Shown: positions 41,494 through 51,940, numbered from the stretch's first letter. The stretch is DNA of 64,000 nt from an uncultured cyanobacterium (GCA_963793265.1 CAWBZI010000007.1:384001-448000), one strand, 5' to 3'. Notes: generated from the sequence alone by a model not told the origin. A program made the numbers and translations.

Positions 41494-43936
41494 TCATACT
41501 ATCGGCATGACGCGATCGCGACCCGCTGCTTTAGCTTTATATAACGCTTGGTCAGCACTTTGATACAGGCTCTGCAAATCCATGGCATCGTGAGGGTAAA
41601 CGGCTACGCCCGCACTGAAGCTAACTTTGAATGTCAACGGCTCTACAGTGGCGGTATTGATAGCGCCTGTCTCAAATTGCTCTGTTCGCCATGCCTGCAA
41701 GAACTGACGCAGCCGGTGAACTCCCTCCTGGCGACCAACGCCATAGAGACCGACGTATAAATTCTTCTCCGCCCCAGCGGGCTACCACATCTTCATTGCG
41801 AAACGTCGATTTCAGGCGGTCACCAAAGCGCTTAAGCACCTGATCGCCCTTTGGATGGCCGTACTTATCGTTGATCTCTTTAAAGTTGTCCAGATCGATC
41901 GCTGCAAAGCAGAGCGTTTGACCTTGCCGCTGAGCCAACCCCAGTAATCGATTCAACGACTGGGTGGACTTACGCCGGTTGGCAACGCCCGTAAGACTAT
42001 CGACATCGGCCATGAGCTTGCGATCGCGCGATCGCGCCAACCAGCCCAGCACCCGTGCCACCAGCTCAGGCGCTACAATCGGTTTACGAATATAGTCATC
42101 AGCGCCCACCGAAAACACCTGCTGAATCGTATCGGCATCGGTATAGCCCGACATAAACAAAACGGGCAGCTCGCACCAACGGGGCGCATTGCGCACGACC
42201 TGGCACAAGTCAAATCCACTGATTCCAGGCATTCTGACATCCAGCAAAACTAAATCAGGCTCAAAGCTTTCTAACGTTTGCCAAAATGAGCGTGGGTCGC
42301 TCAATAGCCGTAGCTCAAATCCCCAGGGCTGCAACAAACTCTGGAGCAGCGTTAGCATCGCTGGCTCGTCATCTACAATCAGCAGCTTGGCGGTAGGCTC
42401 AACTCCTCTTCGGAGTACTCGCGCTGCTGTTTCAAGCAAATCGCTCGGCGTCACTGGCATCTGAAGCAATCCATCAACGCCCATGCGAGCGACCCTAACC
42501 CGATTCTCAAAACTAGCCGCTGCTGTCAGCACAATATTTGGAATAGGCGGCTGAGTAGCCTGCATCTCAGCTAGCAGCTTAAACTCGTCGCTGTCATTAT
42601 CTGGCAGCTCAAGAGAGCCATCAAAATCAAAGACAACAATATGAGGCGGTTGAGCAGAAGCAGAAATCGAAAATATAGCGTTTCTGGCCTGCGCAATGGA
42701 ATCTACGATAGAAATTTGCGTTTGGTAGCGTCCAGCCATTTCCTGTAGAGTTTCCAGCCACTCCCGATCGGTTTCGCCCGATTTTTCTACCATCAGCAGA
42801 TGAAAGTGCTGTCCTGGTAGTAGTTCTATTGGCATCGGAAACGATCTGGGGTCGGACGGAACTACAGATGTAGAGACAGGTGGAGCAGGTGTAGAAGTAT
42901 CTACAATTCCTTGTTCTAGCGATCGCTGTATTTGTGTGATGGCCGTCTCTAGCTGGCTGATATGATCTGCACTCAGGTAGGCATTGGCGCGAAGGAGTTG
43001 CTCTATGTCTCGACAGCGGGCAGTTGCAGACTTAAAGCCAAAGCTACCTAGCGACCCAGCTAGAGAATGCGCTTCGGTGAGTATCTCTTGCTTAACAGAT
43101 CTATCGAGGAGTCCTGGTTGTAACCCACGCAGCGTATTGGTAACGTTATCCACCCGCTGAATGTAGCTTTGACTGACGCTTTGCCAGAGCGCTGCTATAT
43201 CCAATGAGCCTGTGACGTTCTCTACTTCTGGCGTAGAATCAGGCAACTGTGGAGCTGCTTGGCTTGTGTCGGTATTAAGCCGATAGCCCAATCCATAGAC
43301 CGTTGTAATAGTATCTGTTAGCCCTGCTTTTTTGAGCTTTTGGCGCAGCCCTTTAATATGCGTTCGGACAGAACCCACATTAGGCGTATCGTCGTAGGCC
43401 CACACCTTATCGAGCAGATTGTCTAGACTGAAAATTCGGCTAGGATTGCGTAAAAATAATTCTAAAAGCGCGTATTCCTTAGGCGTAACGGAAATGGGTA
43501 GATTGCGACAGCTCACCTCACCGCTGCGCGGATCGAGGCACAGATCGCCCCACTGTAATACAGGTGAAGCTAGCCCTTCCGCCCGACGCAGCAAAGCGCG
43601 AATACGGGCCAGCAGCTCTTCAAACTCAAAAGGCTTTACTAAGTAATCGTCAGCGCCAGCATCTAAACCAGCAACTTTGTCACTACTGGCATTGCGGGCA
43701 GTCATCAAAATGACAGGCGTGTAATTGCCTTCGTTTCTAAGGTGTCTGCATAGCTCTATGCCATTGAGCTTGGGTAGCATCCAGTCCAGCAGGATAAAAT
43801 CGTAGGGAAAGGCTTCGGCCATGTCTCTGCCCGTGACACCATCTGTTGCCAAATCCATGACGTAGTGGTGCTCGCTCAGTAGCTGTTCTATCGCGCCTGC
43901 TAAAGCCTGATCGTCTTCTACTAGCAGAAATTTCAT
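41494..43936 (-). CDS. Multidomain response regulator REC-wHTH(OmpR)-Hpt-REC-REC-GGDEF, with a 1-nt insertion near 41756
   Basis: LLVEDD..LLDWMLP, TVYGLGYRL, AHSLAGSLGSFG, two further REC domains, RNED...GGEEF. Removing one base after GGEEFI joins the 41494-41700 ORF (FSAGVA...ADQALYKAKAAGRD). Confidence 0.88.
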
Positions 43937-44079
43937 GCAAGCCTGATGAATTCGTTCTGTGAATATTATCTCAGGCTAAGTATTACGAGCGTGCTGACAG
44001 CGATGATTGTTTACCTCTCATTTTGGTGGCTTATTCGCATTTTAATACCTGTCTTATCAAGGTTTATTTCTCTAGATAT

Positions 44080-44697
44080 TTACAGAGACTCATTGAAGAA
44101 AGTTAGCTCCACGCCGATACCAGCAGGATCAGTGACGAATAGCTGCGTTTGGCAAATATCTGGTAGCTGAATGAGGCGATAGGGCGTCTGGGTGGCGATC
44201 ATTTTTGCGATCGCCCGTTTAAGCCCTACGCACCCTAGCGAAATATGATTGAAGTGCCCTTTTTGCGAGCTGGGTAAAGCTGCTATGCCTGGTCGCACGC
44301 TTAGATGCACAATGGGTGTGCGTCCGGCATATAGCCAGTAGCCATCGTTTGCTAAATGTGCCCTGGGGCCAAGTTTTAGCCCGATAACGGCTGTATAGAA
44401 GTGCTTCACTTGCTCGATTAGCTCACTATGGGCAGTGATATTAAAGTGGTTAAGACCACAAACGCTCATGTGGTCTGTCGCTGACGACTGGCAGCTAGGC
44501 CCGCTTAAGTTAAACTCACTCAAGCTGAACTTGCTTGAGTTAAACTCGCTTGAATCGGGCCGTGCTGCTAGTTGCTCAGTTGCTTTTAATAGCGGTATTT
44601 TATCAGTTGATTCTCGATACGGCAGTTCCTGATTGGTTTTTCCAAATGCCAGCGCTAGATCTGTTCCAATGGTCTTTGCAAGGACAACTTTAGTCAT
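44080..44697 (-). CDS. VOC/glyoxalase family protein with an N-terminal extension
   Basis: GLNHFNI, FYTAVIGL, GYWLYAG..IVHL, NHISL, QLFVTDPAGIGVEL. GGAGGAGG ribosome-binding site. Confidence 0.8.
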   Translation of the reverse strand: MTKVVLAKTIGTDLALAFGKTNQELPYRESTDKIPLLKATEQLAARPDSSEFNSSKFSLSEFNLSGPSCQSSATDHMSVCGLNHFNITAHSELIEQVKHFYTAVIGLKLGPRAHLANDGYWLYAGRTPIVHLSVRPGIAALPSSQKGHFNHISLGCVGLKRAIAKMIATQTPYRLIQLPDICQTQLFVTDPAGIGVELTFFNESL

Positions 44698-44811
44698 GAC
44701 ACCTCCTCCAAGACTACAGAACCAGCGGGTTATCCCACCTACTCTATAGCTCCAAACATCTGAACCTTTGAAGAACGTAATGTTGTTTTATATGCTGCTG
44801 TTTATAGGTTT

Positions 44812-44844
44812 ACCTTAAAGAATAAATGTGAGGAAGTTATGCGC
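44812..44844 (-). promoter_or_regulatory. Island promoter motif 4 (upstream of the VOC gene and regulator run)
   Basis: Minus strand GCGCA-taactt-CCTCA-11 nt-TAAGGT; distal half-site degenerate. Confidence 0.45.
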
Positions 44845-44935
44845 TTTTATACGAATTTATCGTGCTTATAGCTTCTTTAACTTAATGGGCCATTGAGTGA
44901 GGGAGCAGTACTCACGTTAATCGATCCGTTGAGTC

Positions 44936-47449
44936 CTAGTGAAGTGCAGCATAGATAGCCTGTAATAAGGATTCGGAAGAGAAGGGCTTCTGCAAAAAAC
45001 CTTTTACACTGTCGCTGGCAGAGGCTGCAACGTCTGCGTTTCCTGGCAATCCACTAATTAATACCGCTTTGAGCTGAGGATCTATCTTTTGCATAACGCG
45101 AGCTGCCGACACGCCATCTAGCTCAGGCATTGCCATATCCATGACGACCAAATCAATAATTTCTTTGTGCTCTGTGTATTGAGCGATCGCATCAATCCCA
45201 TCACTCGCATCTAGCACCTTGTAGCAGTGAGTTTCGAGTATGCTGCGAACAATCACCCGAATCGCAGGTTCATCGTCTACAACCAGTACACACTCTCCTT
45301 TACCCACCGGCAAGAACTCTGTTTCTGTCGTCGTTCCTGCTGTAGATTCTAAAGCAGGCAGGTAGATCTTAAACTGGGTGCCCTTGCCAACTTCGCTAGC
45401 TACGCTAATAAAACCGCCGTGACTTTTGACGATGCTATGAACAGTGGAAAGCCCTAAGCCAGTACCGCCCTGCTCCTGCTTGGTGGTGAAAAAGGGTTCA
45501 AAAATGCGATCGCACAGACCGCTCGCAATGCCCTCACCCGTATCGGCAACTGTCACTAAAATGTAGGGGCCTGTATGTGCTTCTATATGGCTATCTACAA
45601 ACGCCTGATCGAGTGATAGGTTTACTGCCGATACGCTCAAAGTTCCGCCATCAGGCATGGCGTCTCGGGCATTGACAAACAAATTCATAAACACCTGATG
45701 TAGCTGGGTTGGATCGCCGCTTACAGACCACAGCGAATGAGGAATATCAACAGAGATATCAATCGACTTTGGAAAGGTTTTATGAACAAAACTCCTAATT
45801 TCTCTAATCAAATGCTTGACCTGTAGCGGATTGCGACTGCCTTCTGCCCCTCTGGCAAACGAGAGCATTTGCCCAATAATTTCAGAGCCGCGCTTAGCAC
45901 TATCTTGTAGAATCTCAAATTGCTGTTTTAGCTGCTTGTTTGCAGTCGGTAGCTGCATAGGCAGTAGCTCCGCAACTCCGTATATCGGCGTCAAAATGTT
46001 ATTGAGATCGTGGGCAATGCCGCTAGCTAGGGTGCCAATACTTTCTAACCGTTGCGCTCTTAGGAACTGCGCCTGAAGCTGTTTTGCCTGGGTGATATCA
46101 GTGTTCACCGTCAAAATAGAAGCTGGGCGATCGCGCTTATCTCTAAGCAGCGTCCACCGGCTCATCACAGTGATACTCTGGCCCGTTCGAGTGAACTGCT
46201 GGCATTCACCTTGCCAGCGCCCTTTGTCGAGCAAACTTTGCATCGCTTCGGTCGGCTCATGGAGTTCATCTAAAGACAGCAGTTCTTCTGCATCTCGCCC
46301 TAGTGCCTCCTGCTCGCTCCAGCCATACAGCACCGCTGCGCCCTTGTTCCAAAACAGTATCCGATTATCCGTGCCGCGCACGAAAATAGCTTCTGTGGCG
46401 ACATCTAGCAGTGCTGCCTGCTCATGTACTTTTTGCTGTGCGAGCTTGCGATCGGTAATGTCTATAATCAATCCGTCAATGTAAGCGGACTGATCGCCTG
46501 TGGCTAAAACCGGCTGTCCTTTCTCCCAAAAGTATCGAATGCTGCCCGCTTTGTTTCTAATTCGATACTCAGCTTGAAAGGGTTGATGCTTTGCAATCGA
46601 CTCCTTTATCACGGTCTGCACATGATTCCGGTCTTCTAGCAAAATAAGCGACTCGATAGAACAGACGCCATCTATCAATAGCTCGGTGGGCTCAAACCCG
46701 GTCAGTGATTTGCACTGACTGTTGAGAAAAACCGTGTGATTGTGATTGTCATAAAACAGCCGATAGACGATTCCCGGCATATTTTCAGTCAGCGTGCGAT
46801 ATTCTAGCTCGCTTTGCTTAAGGACTTGAATAGAGTGCATCCGTTCAACCGTTTGCGCGATCAAAGTGGCAATAGACTGAATAAAATCAACGTCATGGCT
46901 GTTGAATAAGCGTTCTTGAATAGAATGAATCTCCAAAACGCCATAGGGATTAGAATAGCTGCCAATGGTAACACTCAGGCCGCTGGTAACGTCGCCCTCT
47001 CCCAATAGAGAAAGTTCGTTAAAGCGAGTCTCGGTGCTAAAGTTCTTGATCGCGATTGGATACTCATGGCTCAGCGTGTAGCCCGCTTGAGTATTTTCGT
47101 TTGTACTAATTACAGCCTGACCTACTAGCGCTAGGGGCCATCCAAATCCGGCTTTCAGTAATAGCGTTTCGCTACCAGGCAGCAATTCTAAGATTTTGCA
47201 ATAGTCTATGTCTAGCGTCTGAGCAATCGCGCACGCCACCTTATTCATAAACCGGCTAAGGTCATCAGCGGCCAGTGCGAGCTGTCCTAGCTCAGCAATC
47301 GTTCCCTGCTGCTCTACTCTCGCTTGCAAGGACTTTTCTATTTGTTTGCACTCGGACGTACTTTGATCGAGCTTGCAGGTTACTGGCTGAGAGGAGGTTT
47401 GATCTGAGCCTATGTGATCGGCAGAGTCTATGGATTGTAGGATGCTCAT
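44936..47449 (-). CDS. Hybrid histidine kinase GAF-PAS-PAS-HisKA-HATPase-REC
   Basis: IAHDLNNILT, MNLFVNARDAMP, GGTGLGL, VLVVDDE..VMDMAMP. Confidence 0.9.
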   Translation of the reverse strand: MSILQSIDSADHIGSDQTSSQPVTCKLDQSTSECKQIEKSLQARVEQQGTIAELGQLALAADDLSRFMNKVACAIAQTLDIDYCKILELLPGSETLLLKAGFGWPLALVGQAVISTNENTQAGYTLSHEYPIAIKNFSTETRFNELSLLGEGDVTSGLSVTIGSYSNPYGVLEIHSIQERLFNSHDVDFIQSIATLIAQTVERMHSIQVLKQSELEYRTLTENMPGIVYRLFYDNHNHTVFLNSQCKSLTGFEPTELLIDGVCSIESLILLEDRNHVQTVIKESIAKHQPFQAEYRIRNKAGSIRYFWEKGQPVLATGDQSAYIDGLIIDITDRKLAQQKVHEQAALLDVATEAIFVRGTDNRILFWNKGAAVLYGWSEQEALGRDAEELLSLDELHEPTEAMQSLLDKGRWQGECQQFTRTGQSITVMSRWTLLRDKRDRPASILTVNTDITQAKQLQAQFLRAQRLESIGTLASGIAHDLNNILTPIYGVAELLPMQLPTANKQLKQQFEILQDSAKRGSEIIGQMLSFARGAEGSRNPLQVKHLIREIRSFVHKTFPKSIDISVDIPHSLWSVSGDPTQLHQVFMNLFVNARDAMPDGGTLSVSAVNLSLDQAFVDSHIEAHTGPYILVTVADTGEGIASGLCDRIFEPFFTTKQEQGGTGLGLSTVHSIVKSHGGFISVASEVGKGTQFKIYLPALESTAGTTTETEFLPVGKGECVLVVDDEPAIRVIVRSILETHCYKVLDASDGIDAIAQYTEHKEIIDLVVMDMAMPELDGVSAARVMQKIDPQLKAVLISGLPGNADVAASASDSVKGFLQKPFSSESLLQAIYAALH

Positions 47450-47541
47450 AAGTTTGAGTCAGTACGCAAAAAATGCGGTTCTAGATCGAAGATCTGTCGA
47501 AATAGCATAGCAATCACCTTTATAAAAGTATCTATGCCATT

Positions 47542-47574
47542 AGAGTACAAAGACAGTTTGAGGAAATTGTGAGT
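47542..47574 (-). promoter_or_regulatory. Island promoter motif 5 (upstream of the hybrid kinase)
   Basis: Minus strand ACTCA-caattt-CCTCA-11 nt-TACTCT. Confidence 0.55.
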
Positions 47575-47625
47575 ACGCGCTTTAACGGTAAAGGCAATCT
47601 CTCAAGGGGTTTTCAATTGCGATCG

Positions 47626-47658
47626 CTTCATAGTTTCCTCACAACTGACTCCCATAAT
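47626..47658 (+). promoter_or_regulatory. Island promoter motif 6 (upstream of glgX copy 2)
   Basis: CTTCA-tagttt-CCTCA-11 nt-CATAAT, with an extra pair TCTCA-N6-TTTCA at 47600-47615. Confidence 0.6.
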
Positions 47659-47935
47659 AGCGAGGTAGGCAAAAATAGAATGCTATTGAGAAAGGTCGCT
47701 CCCTTGCATGATATGCGCTGGATTTTCCTGCAAAGCCCTAATGTGTGTTAGTGAGAGGAGTTATTATGCTTGTGTTAGCATCTCCGACTAAAAAACATTT
47801 TATCTGATGTTATCCCGTGCTCCCATCTGGCAAAAAGCTGCGATATCCGAAAGCGTCTCTCTAAAATTGTTCAGCAGGTTGCCTAGCTGATAAAAGCGTC
47901 GCGTTCAAGGTCTGTGGGCCTTGTTCATATAAACC

Positions 47936-50068
47936 ATGATTTCTAACAAAGAGCCTTTTATCCAACCTGGTAATAGCTTTCCTTTAGGGGCTACTGTACA
48001 AAATCATGGCATTAACTTTTGTCTTTATGCCCCAGATGCGATCGCTGTAGAACTTCTCCTTTTTAGCTCTCCTAATGCTCCTCAGCCGCAGACTATTCTT
48101 CAGCTCAATCCGCAAAAAAACAAAACTGCTCACTACTGGCATATATTCGTTGACAATCTCTCTTCAGGACAAGTCTACGCTTACAGAGTAGATGGGTCTT
48201 ACGATCCATGCGCTGGGCTGCGGTTCAATCGGAATAAAGTCCTGCTCGATCCCTATGCCCGCAGCGTGACGGGCTGGGATATCTATTCTCGTAAAGCAGC
48301 AAGCGATCGCCATGATAACTGCGCTCAAGCCCTGAGAAGTGTCGCAATTGATTTGACTCCTTACGATTGGGAAGGCGATATTCACCCCAAAGTTCCTTAT
48401 GCAGCAACCGTTATCTACGAGCTGCACGTAGGCGGGTTTACTCAGCGAGAAAATTCTGGCCTGCCCGTTGAAAAGAGAGGAACTTATGCGGGACTTATAG
48501 AAAAGATTCCGTACCTGAAGGCGCTGGGCGTTACAGCCGTAGAGCTAATGCCTATACAACAGTTTGACCCTGGCGATGCTCCCGCAGGGTTAACTAATTA
48601 CTGGGGCTATAGTCCAATCGCTTTTTTCGCACCGCATCAGGCTTACAGCTCTTGCAAGGATAGTTTGGGGCCAGTCGATGAGTTTCGCAATATGGTCAAA
48701 GCTTTGCACCGCGAAGGGATTGAAGTAATTTTGGATGTCGTGTTCAATCACACTGCTGAGGGCGATTGTGAAGGGCCAACGCTGTCGTTTCGAGGACTGG
48801 CAAATGGAGACTATTACATTCTTGATAAGGACAAAACCTATTACAAAAACTACAGCGGCTGTGGCAATACGGTGAAGACCTCTGCAATCAGCGGCTACCT
48901 GATCTTTGACTGTCTGCGCTACTGGGTTTCTGAAATGCATGTTGATGGATTCCGGTTTGATTTAGCTTCGGTGCTCTCACGCGATGTAACGGGCGAACCC
49001 ACGGAAAATCCGCCTATCTTATGGATGATTAATACCGATCCGGTGCTGGCAGGCACTAAAATTATTGCTGAGGCGTGGGATGCCGCAGGACTGTACCAGT
49101 TTGGCAGCTTTGCGGGCGATCGCTTCTCCGAATGGAACGGGCCTTATCGAGATGAGGTAAGGCGGTTTGTTAAAGGCGATCGCAACATGGTAAAAGCGGT
49201 TGCCCATCGAATTGCCGGTAGCCCCGATCTGTATCCTCACCTCAAGCGAGGGCCGAACTACAGCATTCATTTTGTTACCTGTCACGATGGGTTCACGCTA
49301 AATGACTTGGTGAGCTACAACGAGAAACATAATCAGGCTAATGCAGAAGACAATCGGGATGGAGCTAGCGAGAACTGGAGCTGGAACTGCGGGGTCGAAG
49401 GGCTGACTGATAATGCGGAAATTCAGGCGCTGCGAGTGCAGCAGGCAAAAAACGCGCTGGTGATATGGGCGATCTCACAGGGAACGCCTATGTTGCTGAT
49501 GGGGGATGAGGTATTGCGATCGCAGCAGGGAAACAATAACGCCTATTGTCAAAACAACGAGCTAAGCTGGTTCGACTGGAGCTGGCGCGATGACCAAAAA
49601 GATTTCCGCCGCTTCACCCAGCAGCTCATAAAATTTGTTCAATCACTCTACATACTCAAGCACGACCATCCGCTCATCGTGACCCCTCAACCCATTCTAG
49701 AACCGGCAATTACCTGGCACGGCACTCAGCTCGGCCAGCCCGACTGGAAAGACAATTCTCACAGTTTGGCTTTTACCCTACGCTACGGGCAGCACGAAGA
49801 ACGCCTTCACGGGCTACTTAATATGTTTTGGGAGCCACTTACATTTGAGCTGCCACCGCTCGAACGCGGACAATACTGGCGTCGCATTATTAACACGGCT
49901 TTACCGTCCCCACAAGATATCTCTTCTGTAGAAAGCGCACCCTGCACGAATCAGCCCTTTTATAGGGTTGAAGCTCGTTCCACAGTAGTCCTTATGGCAA
50001 TTAGAGAAAGTGTTCCAATTTCTGCCTCTAGTACAGAATTAACGACAATCAGTGAGTATGCACTATAG
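47936..50068 (+). CDS. glgX: Glycogen debranching enzyme (isoamylase), copy 2
   Basis: NYWGYSP, DVVFNH, VDGFRFDLA, IAEAWD, FVTCHDGFTL. Confidence 0.93.
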   Translation: MISNKEPFIQPGNSFPLGATVQNHGINFCLYAPDAIAVELLLFSSPNAPQPQTILQLNPQKNKTAHYWHIFVDNLSSGQVYAYRVDGSYDPCAGLRFNRNKVLLDPYARSVTGWDIYSRKAASDRHDNCAQALRSVAIDLTPYDWEGDIHPKVPYAATVIYELHVGGFTQRENSGLPVEKRGTYAGLIEKIPYLKALGVTAVELMPIQQFDPGDAPAGLTNYWGYSPIAFFAPHQAYSSCKDSLGPVDEFRNMVKALHREGIEVILDVVFNHTAEGDCEGPTLSFRGLANGDYYILDKDKTYYKNYSGCGNTVKTSAISGYLIFDCLRYWVSEMHVDGFRFDLASVLSRDVTGEPTENPPILWMINTDPVLAGTKIIAEAWDAAGLYQFGSFAGDRFSEWNGPYRDEVRRFVKGDRNMVKAVAHRIAGSPDLYPHLKRGPNYSIHFVTCHDGFTLNDLVSYNEKHNQANAEDNRDGASENWSWNCGVEGLTDNAEIQALRVQQAKNALVIWAISQGTPMLLMGDEVLRSQQGNNNAYCQNNELSWFDWSWRDDQKDFRRFTQQLIKFVQSLYILKHDHPLIVTPQPILEPAITWHGTQLGQPDWKDNSHSLAFTLRYGQHEERLHGLLNMFWEPLTFELPPLERGQYWRRIINTALPSPQDISSVESAPCTNQPFYRVEARSTVVLMAIRESVPISASSTELTTISEYAL

Positions 50069-50077
50069 CCGCCTTAA

Positions 50078-50239
50078 GGGAGCTGCGCTCAAATAAAGTA
50101 CCGGCAAACCGACAAATATTGCCCTGGGCATAGCGTGCTAAGCCCCTACGTCACCGTCAATTTCTGTAGGGGCTTAGCACTGCTATGCCCGAGGCAATGA
50201 ACAGCGCTATCAGCGGTACTTTATTTAGACGCATGTCCC
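50078..50239. mobile_element. MITE copy B (162 bp), inverted relative to copy A
   Basis: TAA flanks both ends. Differs from the reverse complement of copy A by one indel and one substitution. Confidence 0.88.
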
Positions 50240-50583
50240 TAAGCTCAATTACAATCTTCGTAGAAAATAATAGTTTTCTCAATCGACTAGGTGCAGATGC
50301 AGTTTCTTAGAACACTCTTGTTGCCCGTAGGCTATTGCCAGTCAGTCACAAACCTGATCGAGCTGAGTGAGCGTCAGCAGTTTCATCAGCATATAGCTGA
50401 ATTATGTAGACTTTATGTGTTGGCCCATGCTGAAACAAACAAGCTTCAACCTATGCTTCTTAATCTCCTAAATGCTGAACAAAAGTCATGCGTGCCAAGC
50501 ATAGTTGTGTCAGAATATAGATAAGACAAATTTCAAATGCCAGCGTTCCCTTCATTAAAACGCTGGCTGAAGGGAGGTCACGA

Positions 50584-51246
50584 ATGAGATACATCACGAA
50601 GCCTGTAGTGCTGCACCATACAACACAATCGACGCACCAGCGCAAACTCAAAAAAAGAAGGTACTTTCCAACTATGGTAGTTACTGCGGTGGCAATGATA
50701 GCGACATCAGCCATGGCAGAAGCTCCTATTGAGGAGTCTACCTTCACGCCTCAAAGCAGCCTCTCACAAGTTATTCTTAGCCAAGAAGCTACCCGTCAAA
50801 ACAACATACGTCAGCTAATTCTACTCAATGAATGTATGGGCTGCGATCTAGCAGGTGTCACCCTAACGGAAGCTCACCTCATTGGTGCTGACCTACGCCA
50901 AGCCAACCTTCGAGGTGCGAATCTCACAAACAGCAACCTAGAAGGTGCAGATTTAGCCGGAGCTGACCTCACTGGAGCCAACCTTACCCGCGCCTTTTTA
51001 ACTGATACCAGCCTGGCAAATACACAGCTAGACGGGGTTAACTTCAGCGGCGCTCATCTCTACTCTGTCGATGTGAGCGGAGCCTCAATGAACAACCTTA
51101 ATCTAACAGGCGCACAGCTATTCAACACGCCTATCTACATCGGTGGCGAAGAAGACTCGCTGCCCAGTCAGCTAGAGCCAGTGAGTCCTACGGAAGAAGT
51201 CAATCCTATGGAGCACTACAATCCGCTGCTAGACTTTGCTCTGTAG
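50584..51246 (+). CDS. Exported pentapeptide repeat protein
   Basis: Hydrophobic signal segment, ECMGCDL, AHLIGADLRQANLRGANL repeats. Confidence 0.85.
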   Translation: MRYITKPVVLHHTTQSTHQRKLKKRRYFPTMVVTAVAMIATSAMAEAPIEESTFTPQSSLSQVILSQEATRQNNIRQLILLNECMGCDLAGVTLTEAHLIGADLRQANLRGANLTNSNLEGADLAGADLTGANLTRAFLTDTSLANTQLDGVNFSGAHLYSVDVSGASMNNLNLTGAQLFNTPIYIGGEEDSLPSQLEPVSPTEEVNPMEHYNPLLDFAL

Positions 51247-51299
51247 CGTTGAATAGCATTTCGTATCACATCCGTACAATCTCCTCAGCCGACGAGCGA

Positions 51300-51332
51300 C
51301 CTCATAGAATCCTCATGTCTTCTTTCTAAGCT
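51300..51332 (+). promoter_or_regulatory. Island promoter motif 7 (upstream of the HoxW-like gene)
   Basis: CCTCA-tagaat-CCTCA-11 nt-TAAGCT. Confidence 0.65.
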
Positions 51333-51373
51333 GAGAAAAGAAAGGCGCATCACTTAAGGAGACTAAGGTAACA

Positions 51374-51940
51374 ATGATTTACTCATCCGTCGTTCAAGAA
51401 CCTCAGCAAAAGATATCTCGGAATGTGGCTAAACAGATAGCGCGGCCTCACTTCCTGGTTATTGGCTACGGTAATGGTGCAAAAGGCGACAACGCAGTCG
51501 GTATCCAAATTGCCAATCATATCTCCGCTTGGGAAGCCCCATTGGTTAAATCTATGGCTGCTTATCAGCTCACGCCAGATCTCGTAAACAATCTTGCCTC
51601 TGTAGACTATGTGTTCTTTGTAAGGCCCTGTCGGAGATCGAGTCATGCTGGAACGCTACAGGTAGATCCTATTTTCGCGAGTGGTAAGCCACCGCAAACT
51701 GAACAATCAGCGGAGCGATCGCCCTCGGAATGCACTCATCCGTGCACGCCAACCGCGCTACTGAACTTAGCTCAGCAGCTATACGGTCATTCGCCCCAAG
51801 CATGGCTTCTACAAATACCTACTGACAGCACCAACTGCAACCAAGCATTGTCTTCTACTGCTCAGAGAGGTTACGATCGCGCGCTTAGAACGATTGAGAA
51901 GTTTTTCATGACTTACCAGCAACCGGCTGAGATGATGTAG
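51374..51940 (+). CDS. Hydrogenase maturation protease homolog (HoxW-like), degenerate
   Basis: LVIGYGNGAKGDNAVG, YQLTPDL, VFFVRPC, THPCTPTALLNLAQQLYG..PQAWLL. Confidence 0.7.
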   Translation: MIYSSVVQEPQQKISRNVAKQIARPHFLVIGYGNGAKGDNAVGIQIANHISAWEAPLVKSMAAYQLTPDLVNNLASVDYVFFVRPCRRSSHAGTLQVDPIFASGKPPQTEQSAERSPSECTHPCTPTALLNLAQQLYGHSPQAWLLQIPTDSTNCNQALSSTAQRGYDRALRTIEKFFMTYQQPAEMM

